DNA of 32,000 nt from Methanothermobacter thermautotrophicus (GTDB lineage: Archaea > Methanobacteriota > Methanobacteria > Methanobacteriales > Methanothermobacteraceae), in NCBI RefSeq assembly GCF_014889545.1, contig NZ_QKOF01000007.1, positions 165,718-197,717 on the forward strand. Direction: 5' to 3'. This document shows, in pieces, positions 1-8,648 of the stretch. Each line of letters starts with the position of its first letter. Position 1 is the first letter of the stretch. The position numbers and the translations under genes were made by a program. The notes beneath the pieces are model-generated. The model ran no database searches and was not told the DNA's origin. It saw nothing but the letters and a program-made list of their open reading frames with translations.

Positions 1-483
1 ATAGTGCTGGCTCAGGGTTTCAGGGTCGACCATGTTCTCCTGGCACTCGCTGAAGAAGGCCTGGATGAGGGGGAATCTCTCCCTCTGCAGATTGCTGAGC
101 CCCAGCTGGTCCCTGTGCTCGTATATGAACATGAGCTGGTTCTCCTCATCCATGACATGGAAGTTTGAGCCGAGGGAGTGGTGGTCCGGGTACATGCGGA
201 GTATGCGGTTGCAGAAGGAGTGTATGGTTGATATCTGCATCTCCTCAGCCCTTCCACCCACACGCTTGATTATCCTCTCCTTCAGTTCATCTGCAGCCTT
301 CCTGGTGAAGGTTATTACGACCAGGGATGATGGTTCAACACCCCTCTCATCTATGAGGTGGGCGACCCTCTCCACTATGATCCTGGTCTTCCCTGCCCCG
401 GGCCCTGCGACCACCAGGAGGGGACCTGTGAAGTGTTCAACTGCTCTGCGCTGTTCATCTGTGAGCTGAATCTCCCCTGTCAT
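1..483 (-). CDS. UvrD/PcrA-like superfamily 1 DNA helicase, N-terminal 161 codons (rest of gene lies beyond window start)
   Basis: Absent from the ORF track because it is open at the window edge. My own minus-strand translation from the ATG at 483..481 gives MTGEIQLTDEQRRAVEHFTGPLLVVAGPGAGKTRIIVERVAHLIDERGVEPSSLVVITFTRKAADELKERI...QISTIHSFCNRILRMYPDHH, with no stop down to position 1. Walker A GPGAGKT, motif Ia TFTRKAA and TIHSFC occur in the order typical of UvrD/Rep/PcrA helicases. Track ORFs 12..263(-), 32..469(+) and 358..753(+) are alternative-frame shadows. Confidence 0.85.
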   Translation of the reverse strand, partial: MTGEIQLTDEQRRAVEHFTGPLLVVAGPGAGKTRIIVERVAHLIDERGVEPSSLVVITFTRKAADELKERIIKRVGGRAEEMQISTIHSFCNRILRMYPDHHSLGSNFHVMDEENQLMFIYEHRDQLGLSNLQRERFPLIQAFFSECQENMVDPETLSQHY

Positions 484-579
484 GAATGGCACCCCATAAA
501 TGTTATTCTATGGTTTCCATCCACTTTTATAGTTTTTCCATTGAATTCCCGTCCTGTGAATTTACTGTGCATAGATTCA

Positions 580-678
580 TTAAGGGTACAGGGACAGCTA
601 CAGAGAACCCTTAAATCATATAAACCACTGGAGGACGATTCTGTTAAGAGGACAGGAACAGCTACAGAGAACCTTAAA
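580..678. repeat. Two imperfect ~36-bp direct repeats (64-bp period) in the helicase/cobN intergenic gap
   Basis: 580..615 ttaagggtacagggacagctacagagaacccttaaa versus 644..678 ttaagaggacaggaacagctacagagaaccttaaa (3 mismatches and 1 indel by eye). A partial third copy, gaggacaggaac, lies at 778..789. Confidence 0.7.
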
Positions 679-1357
679 GCAGGTCCGGACCCAATCCTGG
701 ATTCAGGAAAGGAAAAGCCACATGCAGTGAGATTCTACTCCTCAGGCCATTGAATTGGCCTGCTGAGGTTCCCGCATGAGGACAGGAACTGATGACGGAA
801 GCCATGGGAGGACGCCTGCGGTAGGGAGAAAGATGACCTCAATGGATTCAAAAAAACCATTCAAGGGTGTGAAAGAATGTGGTTTTTCCTGTGGCTATAA
901 ACGGGACGATAGCTGGACTCGAATTTGTTTCAAGAACTGAGGCCTGCAGGCGGCTCCAATGACAGGATCATAGGAGGTTATGCCATTGAGGCCATTCTGC
1001 ATGAGAGGGTCAGATATGGTGCCATAGAGCAGGGTAGCTTCATTGAGGAGATAATGGGTGCAAGAGCTACCCATCCGCCGGTTACGGTACAGACCACAGG
1101 TACACCTCAGATCACATTACCGGTTCAGCCCTCACACACGGGGGTGAGGTGGTGCACTCTGTTTTCTTCAGACTGAGGAATGATTGCAGCAAGACCAGTT
1201 ACCGTACTGTGATAAGAAACAACAACAAACAGGTCCACCCATTACCCTTCAAATCATATAAATTTTACATTATAATAATTAAAGTTAATTTTAAATACTG
1301 CCTCTCTTAAAATAAATCTGAATAAAATTAAAGGGAGGTGAAATTATCAGGAGATTA

Positions 1358-4300
1358 ATGGCACTGGTTGCAGTGATACTCACAGTCTCACTCGCAGGAA
1401 CTGTCAGTGCAGCTGAGGTGACAGGACACGTCAGGGAGATCTACAATGAAACATCAGGGACATACACAACCCTTGAAAATGCGCTGCCAGTCAGAAACGC
1501 CACTGTAACCATAATACATAATGGATCGGTCCTCAATGAAACACATACAGCGCCGGATGGTTCATACAGAATCAACTTCAACGACACATTCCCTGCGGTT
1601 GTCCAGATAAAGTATTCCAGCTACAGGACAGCCACCTACACCATCAACGGCTCATGCACCATCAACCACACCTTCATGCCAGATATAGCCATAATAAGTT
1701 CGGTTCCAGAGAAGGGCCGCATCCTCAAATCAATGAACAACCGGAGGATAATCTACCATGACATGTGGGATCCATCATCAGCGGCAAACGACTGGATAAT
1801 GGAGTACGTGAACTTCGCCTACCTGGACATGGCCATGCCCGGGACAGGATGGGGCGACTCATGGTACCCCTACCTCCTCAGGAGCCCTGCAAACCAGAGG
1901 AACATGATAGCAGCGGCCTTTGGTTACCCCACAGATACAGACAGCGACCCCTGGGGGGGCACGGGGCTGAACCTCCTGGGCGGAACCCCTGGAAACGACA
2001 CAGCAGACACCATCGAGAACACCTACATTGCAAGCTACTATGCCCTTGCATCAGGGACAGCTGCCAGGGAGAACCTGGAGAACATGGTCAGGTACATCCA
2101 GTACCTCATGGGTGAGACCACCTTCAACCCCGTGGAGAATGGCCAGGGCCCTGTCATGGCATCCCCTGACTGGGGACTCTACCACCCTGACCGTGGTGTT
2201 ATGAGCGTCTCGGCAACCAGGGAACAGATAAGGGCCTGGATAGAGGGCAACCCCGGGTTCATCCCACCCTATGACAGCCTGAGGTGGATAGATCAGAACT
2301 TCTCATCATGGGCAGAAAACCAGCGGGCAGATCTCTACAGGAACTTCGAGAACTGGTACAGTGCAAACAAGAACATAACAGGACCCTTCATTGTTGTTGT
2401 AAGTTACGGTCCATCAGCTACAGTGGACGCACTGATCAGGGAGGCCGAGAGGCAGGGAAGGGCCGCCTTCAACCTCTACCAGGGCGCCACCAGCCCTGCG
2501 GTGAGTTCACTCCTCGAGGAGCTCACACTGGGTGTCAACGGTAAGGGGCCCCTGAACCGCAACATAAGCGCCGTCATATCCCTCTACTCATGGTCCCTCA
2601 ACTACGCAAACCTGCCATCCGGCGGGGCCCTCAGCGAACTTGAGAGGATCAACCTGCCCGTACTGAAGGCTGTGCAGCTATACAGCAACTCAAGCCTGAC
2701 AAACCCCATGGGTGCACAGTACGAGTGGACCTGGCAGGTCACAATACCTGGATTTGAGGGCGTTTTCTCACCCGTGGTTGTATCATACACCGATTCATCA
2801 CAGAATGAAGTCGTGGTTCAGTCAGGGGTCCAGAAGATGGTCAAACTGGCTGATGCCTGGGCCAGGCTCAGGGAACTTGAAAATTCAGAGAAGAAGATTG
2901 CGGTGATACTCTACAGCTACCCCCCTGGTAAGGATGGATTCACGGCATCATACCTTGACGTCTTCAGGAGCCTCCATGAACTCCTTGTGAAGCTCAATGA
3001 GAGCGGCTACAGGGTTGAGAGGATACCATCACCTGAGGAGCTCTACACCATCGTCTCAGAGTTCGGTAATAAGGGCACCTGGGCCCAGCCACTTCTTGAG
3101 AGGTATGTGTCAGAGCACAGGAGGGAGCTGGAAGCCAGAGGTCAGCTGCTCGACATCCAGAGGTACCTTGAATGGTTCAACGCCCTCCCTGAGAAGCTGC
3201 GCTCAGAGGTCATATCAAGGTGGGGCCAGCCCCCAGGCAACATAATGACGGTTAACGGGTCCATCGTCATCCCTGGTCTGATGCTGGGGAACATCTTCAT
3301 AACTGTCCAGCCGGCCCGTGGCTGGGATGAGGTCACAGACTACCATAACCCATATCTGCCACCCCACCACCAGTACCTGGCCTTCTACCGCTGGATCGAT
3401 GAGGTCCTAGGCGCCGATGCCATGGTCCACCTGGGGACCCATGGAACCCTCGAGTTCCTCCCGGGAAGGATGATCGGCCTCATGGAGGATGACTGGCCCT
3501 TCCAGCTCACCAGTCTGCCCAACATATACCCATACATAGTCTCAAACCCTGGTGAGGGAATGGTGGCAAAGGACCGCAGCGGTGCACTCATCATAGACCA
3601 CATGACACCTGCAATGGTCCAGAGTGGCCTCTACGGTGCACTCATTGAGATCCACGACCTCATCCACCAGTACGAGAACGCCCTTAAGGTCGGTAACAAC
3701 CAGATACTCCCTGCACTGGAATCCCGGATAAAGACTGAGGCCTCAGAGATGGGCTTCAACATGACCGGTAACTTCACAGAGGCCCTCGAGAGACTCCACC
3801 TCAGTCTACATGAGATAGAGTCAGACATAATACCCCTGGGACTCCACAGCCTCGGCAGGGTCCTTGAGGGTGACGAGCTCCTGGAGGAGGTTCTCACCAT
3901 AGCATCATCAAGGTCAGATCTCCTCGAGAATATCAGGAAACAGCTCTATCCGGGTCTGCCAGCCTACACTGAGATGCTGAAGGACCCACTGCGCTACAGT
4001 GACGAGATAGCCTCAGTGAAGAACCTTGCACGTCTATGGATAGGCAGCATCATAAACGGTACTGTGCCCTCCGGGATAAATGCCACGGACCTTGAGTTCA
4101 TCAATGACACCATCATGAAGATACGTGGAAACACCGAATGGCAGAGCATCCTCGCAGCGCTCTCAGGTGGATTCATAAGACCTGGACTTGCAGGGGACCC
4201 TGCCTGGTGTGACGTACTTCCAACAGGCGCCAACTTCTACTCAACAAACCCCAGGAAGATGCCCACAAGGGCTGCATGGGAGACCGCAGTGAGGATAGTT

Positions 4301-5818
4301 GATTCGATGCTTGCAGAGTACTACCAGAAGCATGGCAGCTTCCCTGAACTCATCGGTATGGTTATGTGGGGCACTGAACTCCTGAGGACCGACGGGATAG
4401 CCATTGCAGAGTTCCTATACCTTCTCGGAGTTAAACCCCAGTGGAACAGTAACGGTGACGTCAACCCAGCCCCGGTCCTCATGAATGCATCAGAACTCAT
4501 GATAACAGTGAACGGTACCCGGATACCAAGGCCACGTATAGACGTATTTGTAACAGCAGTCACAGGTAACCAGCTCTGGATAGACCTCATGAATAAGGCC
4601 GTTGAACTTGCAGCTTCAGCCAGTGACACCGAGAACTATGTGAAAAAACATTACAGTGAATGCGGATCCCTTGACCGTGTATTCGGTCTCAGGGGACTCG
4701 TACTCGAGGGTACTGGTGTATCTGATATGACACCTGCAACCTCAAGGTGGAACACCAGCAGTGAACTCGCAGACGTCTACCTGTCAAGGGTATCCTATGC
4801 CTGGAGGTCCACCCCAGGAGGCGTGGATATACAGCAGAACCGGGGCACGTTCCAGTACCTCCTGGGTAAGGTGAACCTGGTGACACAGAACCTGGACAGC
4901 ACATGGAGGCTGATGGACACCGACGACTACTATGACTGGTTCGGTGGAATGGTCCTCGCATCAAGGCACCTGGGAGGTAACCCCGATACAGCTCTTATAG
5001 ATATAAGGAACAGGAACACGGTTACAGTGAGAACGGTGGCCGAGGAGATTGAACTTGAGATCAGATCCCAGCTCCTCAACCCGAAGTACATGGATTCCCT
5101 CCTCAATTCACCCAGCGGGTGGCTTGAATATGCTTCAAGGTACAAAAATGTCTTTGGAATTGCAGTTACAACCGGCAGCGTCAGCAATGAACTCTGGGAC
5201 CAGCTCGCAAGGAACCTTCTGAGTGACCGCTTCAGGGCATCCGGGGGCTATGAGGCCACTGCAACACAGTCCATGATTGCCTGGGTCCTTGAAGCCGCAA
5301 GGAGAAACATCTGGAGCGCCGACGGTTCCCTGGTGAGGGATCTTGCAAACCGTTACATTGAACTCGCAGGAGAGTACGGTGTTGTCTGCTGCCACCACAC
5401 CTGCGCAAACATTGTCTTCAATAACTGGGTGGTTAAGGTCTCATCCCTCAACCAGGCATCCCTCAAGAAGTTTGCAGCTGCACTGGCTGCAGCCACAGGG
5501 AAGTCCATTGATGTCCCTGGCTCTGATGGTTCACAGCCAGGATCAGCAAATGATGGTAGTGGGGTCGGCGAGACAGGTAAACCGGATTCAGGTTCCGCAG
5601 GATCTGCAGGTAGCAGTTCATCAGGCAGTGCATCCACTTCATCATCAGATGCTGCTGGAGAGTCATCATCCAGTGAAGGGAGAGAATCAGGGAAGGCCTA
5701 TGAGGTTTCAGCCTCAAATAGCAGCGGTTCAGCAGAGAGTCAGGTGCCCCTCTATGCAATTCTGGGTGTCGTGGCACTTGTACTGCTCGTAGGATTTGGT
5801 TACTTCAGGGGTAAATAA
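1358..5818 (+). CDS. cobN: CobN / Mg-chelatase H-subunit family protein with predicted signal peptide, N-terminal beta-rich module, Ser/Gly-rich linker and C-terminal membrane anchor
   Basis: 1486-aa track ORF. CobN-family hallmark stretches are HLGTHGTLEFLPG, NIYPYIVSNPGEGMVAKDRS, IDHMTPAM and LPTGANFYS. The N-terminus MALVAVILTVSLAGTVSA/AEV is signal-peptide-like. Residues ~20-110 (PVRNATVTI...TAPDGSYRI) resemble a carboxypeptidase-regulatory-like beta module. The C-terminus has a ~110-aa S/G-rich tract, then LYAILGVVALVLLVGFGYF and a basic RGK tail. A GGAGGTGA motif lies at 1334..1341. Confidence 0.9.
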   Translation: MALVAVILTVSLAGTVSAAEVTGHVREIYNETSGTYTTLENALPVRNATVTIIHNGSVLNETHTAPDGSYRINFNDTFPAVVQIKYSSYRTATYTINGSCTINHTFMPDIAIISSVPEKGRILKSMNNRRIIYHDMWDPSSAANDWIMEYVNFAYLDMAMPGTGWGDSWYPYLLRSPANQRNMIAAAFGYPTDTDSDPWGGTGLNLLGGTPGNDTADTIENTYIASYYALASGTAARENLENMVRYIQYLMGETTFNPVENGQGPVMASPDWGLYHPDRGVMSVSATREQIRAWIEGNPGFIPPYDSLRWIDQNFSSWAENQRADLYRNFENWYSANKNITGPFIVVVSYGPSATVDALIREAERQGRAAFNLYQGATSPAVSSLLEELTLGVNGKGPLNRNISAVISLYSWSLNYANLPSGGALSELERINLPVLKAVQLYSNSSLTNPMGAQYEWTWQVTIPGFEGVFSPVVVSYTDSSQNEVVVQSGVQKMVKLADAWARLRELENSEKKIAVILYSYPPGKDGFTASYLDVFRSLHELLVKLNESGYRVERIPSPEELYTIVSEFGNKGTWAQPLLERYVSEHRRELEARGQLLDIQRYLEWFNALPEKLRSEVISRWGQPPGNIMTVNGSIVIPGLMLGNIFITVQPARGWDEVTDYHNPYLPPHHQYLAFYRWIDEVLGADAMVHLGTHGTLEFLPGRMIGLMEDDWPFQLTSLPNIYPYIVSNPGEGMVAKDRSGALIIDHMTPAMVQSGLYGALIEIHDLIHQYENALKVGNNQILPALESRIKTEASEMGFNMTGNFTEALERLHLSLHEIESDIIPLGLHSLGRVLEGDELLEEVLTIASSRSDLLENIRKQLYPGLPAYTEMLKDPLRYSDEIASVKNLARLWIGSIINGTVPSGINATDLEFINDTIMKIRGNTEWQSILAALSGGFIRPGLAGDPAWCDVLPTGANFYSTNPRKMPTRAAWETAVRIVDSMLAEYYQKHGSFPELIGMVMWGTELLRTDGIAIAEFLYLLGVKPQWNSNGDVNPAPVLMNASELMITVNGTRIPRPRIDVFVTAVTGNQLWIDLMNKAVELAASASDTENYVKKHYSECGSLDRVFGLRGLVLEGTGVSDMTPATSRWNTSSELADVYLSRVSYAWRSTPGGVDIQQNRGTFQYLLGKVNLVTQNLDSTWRLMDTDDYYDWFGGMVLASRHLGGNPDTALIDIRNRNTVTVRTVAEEIELEIRSQLLNPKYMDSLLNSPSGWLEYASRYKNVFGIAVTTGSVSNELWDQLARNLLSDRFRASGGYEATATQSMIAWVLEAARRNIWSADGSLVRDLANRYIELAGEYGVVCCHHTCANIVFNNWVVKVSSLNQASLKKFAAALAAATGKSIDVPGSDGSQPGSANDGSGVGETGKPDSGSAGSAGSSSSGSASTSSSDAAGESSSSEGRESGKAYEVSASNSSGSAESQVPLYAILGVVALVLLVGFGYFRGK

Positions 5819-5828
5819 CCCCAATTCC

Positions 5829-5836
5829 TTTTTTTT
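5829..5836 (+). terminator. Oligo-T tract (T8) just after the cobN stop; candidate archaeal intrinsic terminator
   Basis: The sequence taaccccaattccTTTTTTTTaagg lies 11 nt after the stop at 5818. It is followed by a 6-bp inverted repeat (gctcat...atgagc) between the convergent genes. Confidence 0.5.
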
Positions 5837-5895
5837 AAGGCTCATAAAATTAATCATGGCCATGAGCTGCATCAGCTCTTAAACTAAGCATCATT

Positions 5896-6756
5896 CTAAA
5901 GGCAGCCCACCTGTTTCCTGAGTTCAGTCAGAACACGCAGCAGAAGTTTGCTGGTGAGGTGCCACTCCCCTCCCCTCAGCTCCACGAGGCCCCGGAGCTC
6001 AAGCCCCTCAATTTCCTCATCACCAACAGCCCCCTCTGGTATGGGGGCGTCACAGAGATCAGAGAGGATTCTCTTCTCCACGGGACTGAGCTGTGATAGC
6101 TCCACCATCCAGGGAAATGCGATCTGCTGAAACTTGGCAGTGAAGTTCTCCTCCAGCAGCGCCGGCCCATAGATGACCCCATCTGAGAGGACGTTCAGGA
6201 AGCTGTCAATGAAGAGGGGAAGCCCCTCTGTGAGTCTGTAGATGTAATCCAGACCTGCAGCTGTGGCCCTGAATTTGGGTGCCTTCATGCGGATGTAGTT
6301 CTCTGTTTCCCTATCCCTAAGGGGTGGTATGTTGACGATGGCCAGTTCAGGTATTCCCTCTTCAATCAAATCCAGTAAGTGTCTGCTGTAGGTGGTGGAG
6401 ACCGCGCATCCCATTGAGTACATACTGCTCATCTTCCAGGCCTCCCTGAAGGCTGATGGTTCAGGTGGCATTGAATCTATGAGGATGTTCCACTCAACAG
6501 TCCTGGCCAGCGCCATTATCCTCCTGAAGTCTGGTATCCCCTCATGGACCTCCCTTATATCGGCGCACCTCATATCGATTAGAGTTGTCCTGCTGGGGTT
6601 CTCCCCATGGAGTTTCCTAAGAATAGCTGTTTTTCCGGAGCCCCTCATACCTGTTACAATCACGAATCCAGGGTCATTGAGGCATTCCCTGATCCTTACA
6701 AGTTCCCTTTCCCTTCCAAAAAACACATCAGTCCTGTTCAGGGAGATTATGGGCAT
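5896..6756 (-). CDS. Archaeal AAA-type ATPase (Arch_ATPase/ORC-Cdc6-like P-loop) with C-terminal winged-helix-like tail
   Basis: 286-aa track ORF. The N-terminus FFGRERELVRIRECLNDPGFVIVTGMRGSGKTAILRKL matches the F-G-R-E-x-E-L then GxxGxGKT pattern of the archaeal ATPase family. The C-terminus LSPVEKRILSDLC...LELRGLVELRGGEWHLTSKLL is wHTH-like. The Walker B position reads TLIDMR, with no acidic pair. Confidence 0.7.
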   Translation of the reverse strand: MPIISLNRTDVFFGRERELVRIRECLNDPGFVIVTGMRGSGKTAILRKLHGENPSRTTLIDMRCADIREVHEGIPDFRRIMALARTVEWNILIDSMPPEPSAFREAWKMSSMYSMGCAVSTTYSRHLLDLIEEGIPELAIVNIPPLRDRETENYIRMKAPKFRATAAGLDYIYRLTEGLPLFIDSFLNVLSDGVIYGPALLEENFTAKFQQIAFPWMVELSQLSPVEKRILSDLCDAPIPEGAVGDEEIEGLELRGLVELRGGEWHLTSKLLLRVLTELRKQVGCL

Positions 6757-6775
6757 AAATACACTTATTCATGTT

Positions 6776-7378
6776 TTAGAGTACTGCGAGTTCGCCGGCT
6801 GAGGTTATTTCAAGCTTTTCCCGGTCGATGAAGCCCATGTCACGGAGTTCCCTTATGTGGTTGTAGGTCATCCCCCTGCTTATGCCTATCTTAACTGCAA
6901 GGTTTTTAACGGATTTTTCACCGGCCTTGAGCTCCTCAAGGACCTGTTTCTTTGTCTTGGAGATTCCGAAGCTCAGTATTGGGAGGTCTATCAGTTCATT
7001 GTCCTCCTCAGTCACATAGACTATGCGCTGGACGTCGTGGTTTCTTGCGTAGCAGCCAAAGAGTGCGCCGAGTGCCTGGGTCTTCCTGCCCCCGCTTATG
7101 TTCACAACCACACGCCTTCCATGGGCCCTTTCCTCGTCTATGATCTCCACCATATCCCTTGCAATGCTCACAACGTCATAGAGGCTGGTCTCAAAGGTTG
7201 TTATCTCGACGAAGTTGCCGAGGGTGTCCCTGAGAACCTGCTCCACCTGCTCCTTTTCCCTGGGAGCCTTGTCCTCCTTGAGTAAAACCACCTTTCGCGG
7301 TGAGAACTGTGTTATGCAGAACATCACCGGTTCAATGGAGTATATCGTGGATATAAGCGTGGTATCCATTATTATCAC
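6776..7378 (-). CDS. CARF/Csa3-like ligand-sensing domain fused to C-terminal wHTH DNA-binding domain (transcription regulator)
   Basis: 200-aa track ORF with a GTG start (ATG at codon 4) and AGGAGG just upstream. The N-terminal ~135 aa has a Rossmann-like alternation with [21 protein letters not shown], similar to the D/N-x-S/T-x-G-x-R/K loop of Csa3/CARF proteins. The C-terminus [45 protein letters not shown] is a clear HTH. The stop lies 19 nt before the ATPase start, suggesting an operon. Confidence 0.55.
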   Translation of the reverse strand: MIIMDTTLISTIYSIEPVMFCITQFSPRKVVLLKEDKAPREKEQVEQVLRDTLGNFVEITTFETSLYDVVSIARDMVEIIDEERAHGRRVVVNISGGRKTQALGALFGCYARNHDVQRIVYVTEEDNELIDLPILSFGISKTKKQVLEELKAGEKSVKNLAVKIGISRGMTYNHIRELRDMGFIDREKLEITSAGELAVL

Positions 7379-7733
7379 GTCCCTCCTGTTTTCCTATCCC
7401 AAAGTTTTGTTCACGGAAAACAATTCATCATATTTGAGTTTATATTCTCTGATTACTCTATATATAATTTTCCTATTTTGATTTTACATTCATAAAAAAC
7501 GCTTTTTTCTATCAGATCATGAGGTATCCTGCAGGATTAAATTTACAGCTAGCAGCATTCATCATCATACCCTGAATTTTAATTCATCCCAATATGGAGA
7601 TGATGAGATTTCTCTGAGGATACCATGACAGTGAAGGATTGTATAATGAAGTTAATGAAGGCGGCATCCTACCAGTGAAAAAAATTTCTTATCGATGTGG
7701 CTGATATTTGATTATGTCAATAAAAAATGTTAA

Positions 7734-7748
7734 CATTTAAATATAATG
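7734..7748 (+). promoter_or_regulatory. TATA-box-like element upstream of the DUF2085 gene
   Basis: catttaaatataatg lies ~35-45 nt upstream of the ATG codons at 7781/7793, inside a 400-bp AT-rich divergent intergenic region (7379..7780). Confidence 0.35.
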
Positions 7749-7780
7749 AGATGCCTATCATATTTTAGATCCATTGATAC

Positions 7781-8119
7781 ATGGTGGTGTGTATGAGGTT
7801 CAGGTACATATGTCACAGAAAACCGGAGCGAACATTCTCATTCAGGGGGCACTACTTCCCTGTTTGTTCAAGGTGTACCGGCATATACCTGGGGGCCTTC
7901 ACCTATTTCCTGTATGCATTCCTCATACCTGTGAAGTATAATGCATCAGCCGTTCTCATGGCGTCCCTCCTTGTGCTGCCGACCTTCATTGACGGATTCA
8001 CCCAGCTGATGGGTTACAGAGAAAGCAACAATGTTCTGAGATTCTCAACTGGGCTGCCAGCAGGTATTGGACTGGCAGTGCTTACAAAGGTCCTCAAACA
8101 TCTCATACTCCACCTCTGA
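7781..8119 (+). CDS. DUF2085-family small membrane protein
   Basis: 112-aa track ORF. It carries the signature [28 protein letters not shown] followed by 3 hydrophobic helices. The ATG at 7793, preceded by GGTGGTG, is an alternative start. Confidence 0.8.
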   Translation: MVVCMRFRYICHRKPERTFSFRGHYFPVCSRCTGIYLGAFTYFLYAFLIPVKYNASAVLMASLLVLPTFIDGFTQLMGYRESNNVLRFSTGLPAGIGLAVLTKVLKHLILHL

Positions 8120-8152
8120 TACTCAATGGATCAAAAAGAGGAAGTATTCTAA

Positions 8153-8638
8153 ATGAGCTGGTGGAAGGAACAGAGTTCAGCCACCAGGGCCGGCGTCCTC
8201 ATAGGTGCACTGTGCCTTGGTATGATACTGATAGTTGCGATAGCTGGAATGATGGCCCCGGATAACACACAAAGCGGAGCAGAATCCATAGAGGATAGTT
8301 CTGGAGCCACAGAAACTGGATCAGGTGTGAAGGTTGAGGATCTTCACGTTGTCGCAGAGGGCTATGGAAGCTACTCTGTGAAGGGAAAGATCACACCCCT
8401 CAGTGACTTCTCATACCTGGAGATGCACCTCAAGTGGTATGACTCAGAGGGAAACCTTCTTCAGGACAATCCCCTCGCATGGAACATAAACGATGCCAGG
8501 ACCGGACAGGCAGTTAAGTTCAGTGCAGTGGACTACATTGACACCGGGACACCAAGCAAGGTTGAGGTACTTATCTTCAGTGATTCTTTCAGTGGTGATG
8601 AGAGCTCAGCCATCTACAGGACAACATTAAAAGTTTAA
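8153..8638 (+). CDS. N-terminally membrane-anchored extracytoplasmic protein, unknown function
   Basis: 161-aa track ORF. It has one N-terminal TM helix (GVLIGALCLGMILIVAIAGMM), an S/G/E-rich linker and a beta-rich ~100-aa domain (LKWYDSEGNLL, possibly FxLYD/DUF4352-like). That domain assignment is weak. Confidence 0.6.
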   Translation: MSWWKEQSSATRAGVLIGALCLGMILIVAIAGMMAPDNTQSGAESIEDSSGATETGSGVKVEDLHVVAEGYGSYSVKGKITPLSDFSYLEMHLKWYDSEGNLLQDNPLAWNINDARTGQAVKFSAVDYIDTGTPSKVEVLIFSDSFSGDESSAIYRTTLKV

Positions 8639-8648
8639 ATGGAGGTGA

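Noticed and set aside
32-753. Track ORFs 32..469(+), 358..753(+) and 12..263(-)
   Set aside because: All overlap the open-ended minus-strand frame that encodes a textbook UvrD-type helicase N-terminus. ORF 358..753 also runs through the promoter and repeat region with no recognisable protein features.
580-790. Direct repeats as a mini CRISPR array
   Set aside because: There are only two full copies, they are imperfect (about 32 of 36 bases match), and there is one 12-bp fragment. The spacer-to-repeat proportions are wrong, no leader or cas genes are present, and the repeat does not resemble any CRISPR repeat I know.
925-1176. 83-codon TTG-initiated ORF and 35-codon ATG ORF (832..939) as real genes
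   Set aside because: Neither has a convincing ribosome-binding site or a recognisable motif. They are not listed as features and are kept only as part of the unresolved-gap finding.
780-1200. Possible cobalamin riboswitch upstream of the cobN homolog
   Set aside because: I looked for a B12-box-like element. agccatgggaggacgcctgc (~800..819) has only a loose resemblance, and I could not recognise the other conserved cores. An AT-rich promoter-like segment (1200..1357) separates this stretch from cobN, and cobalamin riboswitches are not established in archaea. This needs a covariance-model scan before any claim.
7379-7780. Small ORFs (17-18 codons) and the 12-bp palindrome atcctgcaggat in the 400-bp divergent spacer
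   Set aside because: The ORFs lack ribosome-binding sites and any features. The palindrome occurs once only. The region was treated as promoter space for the divergent genes.
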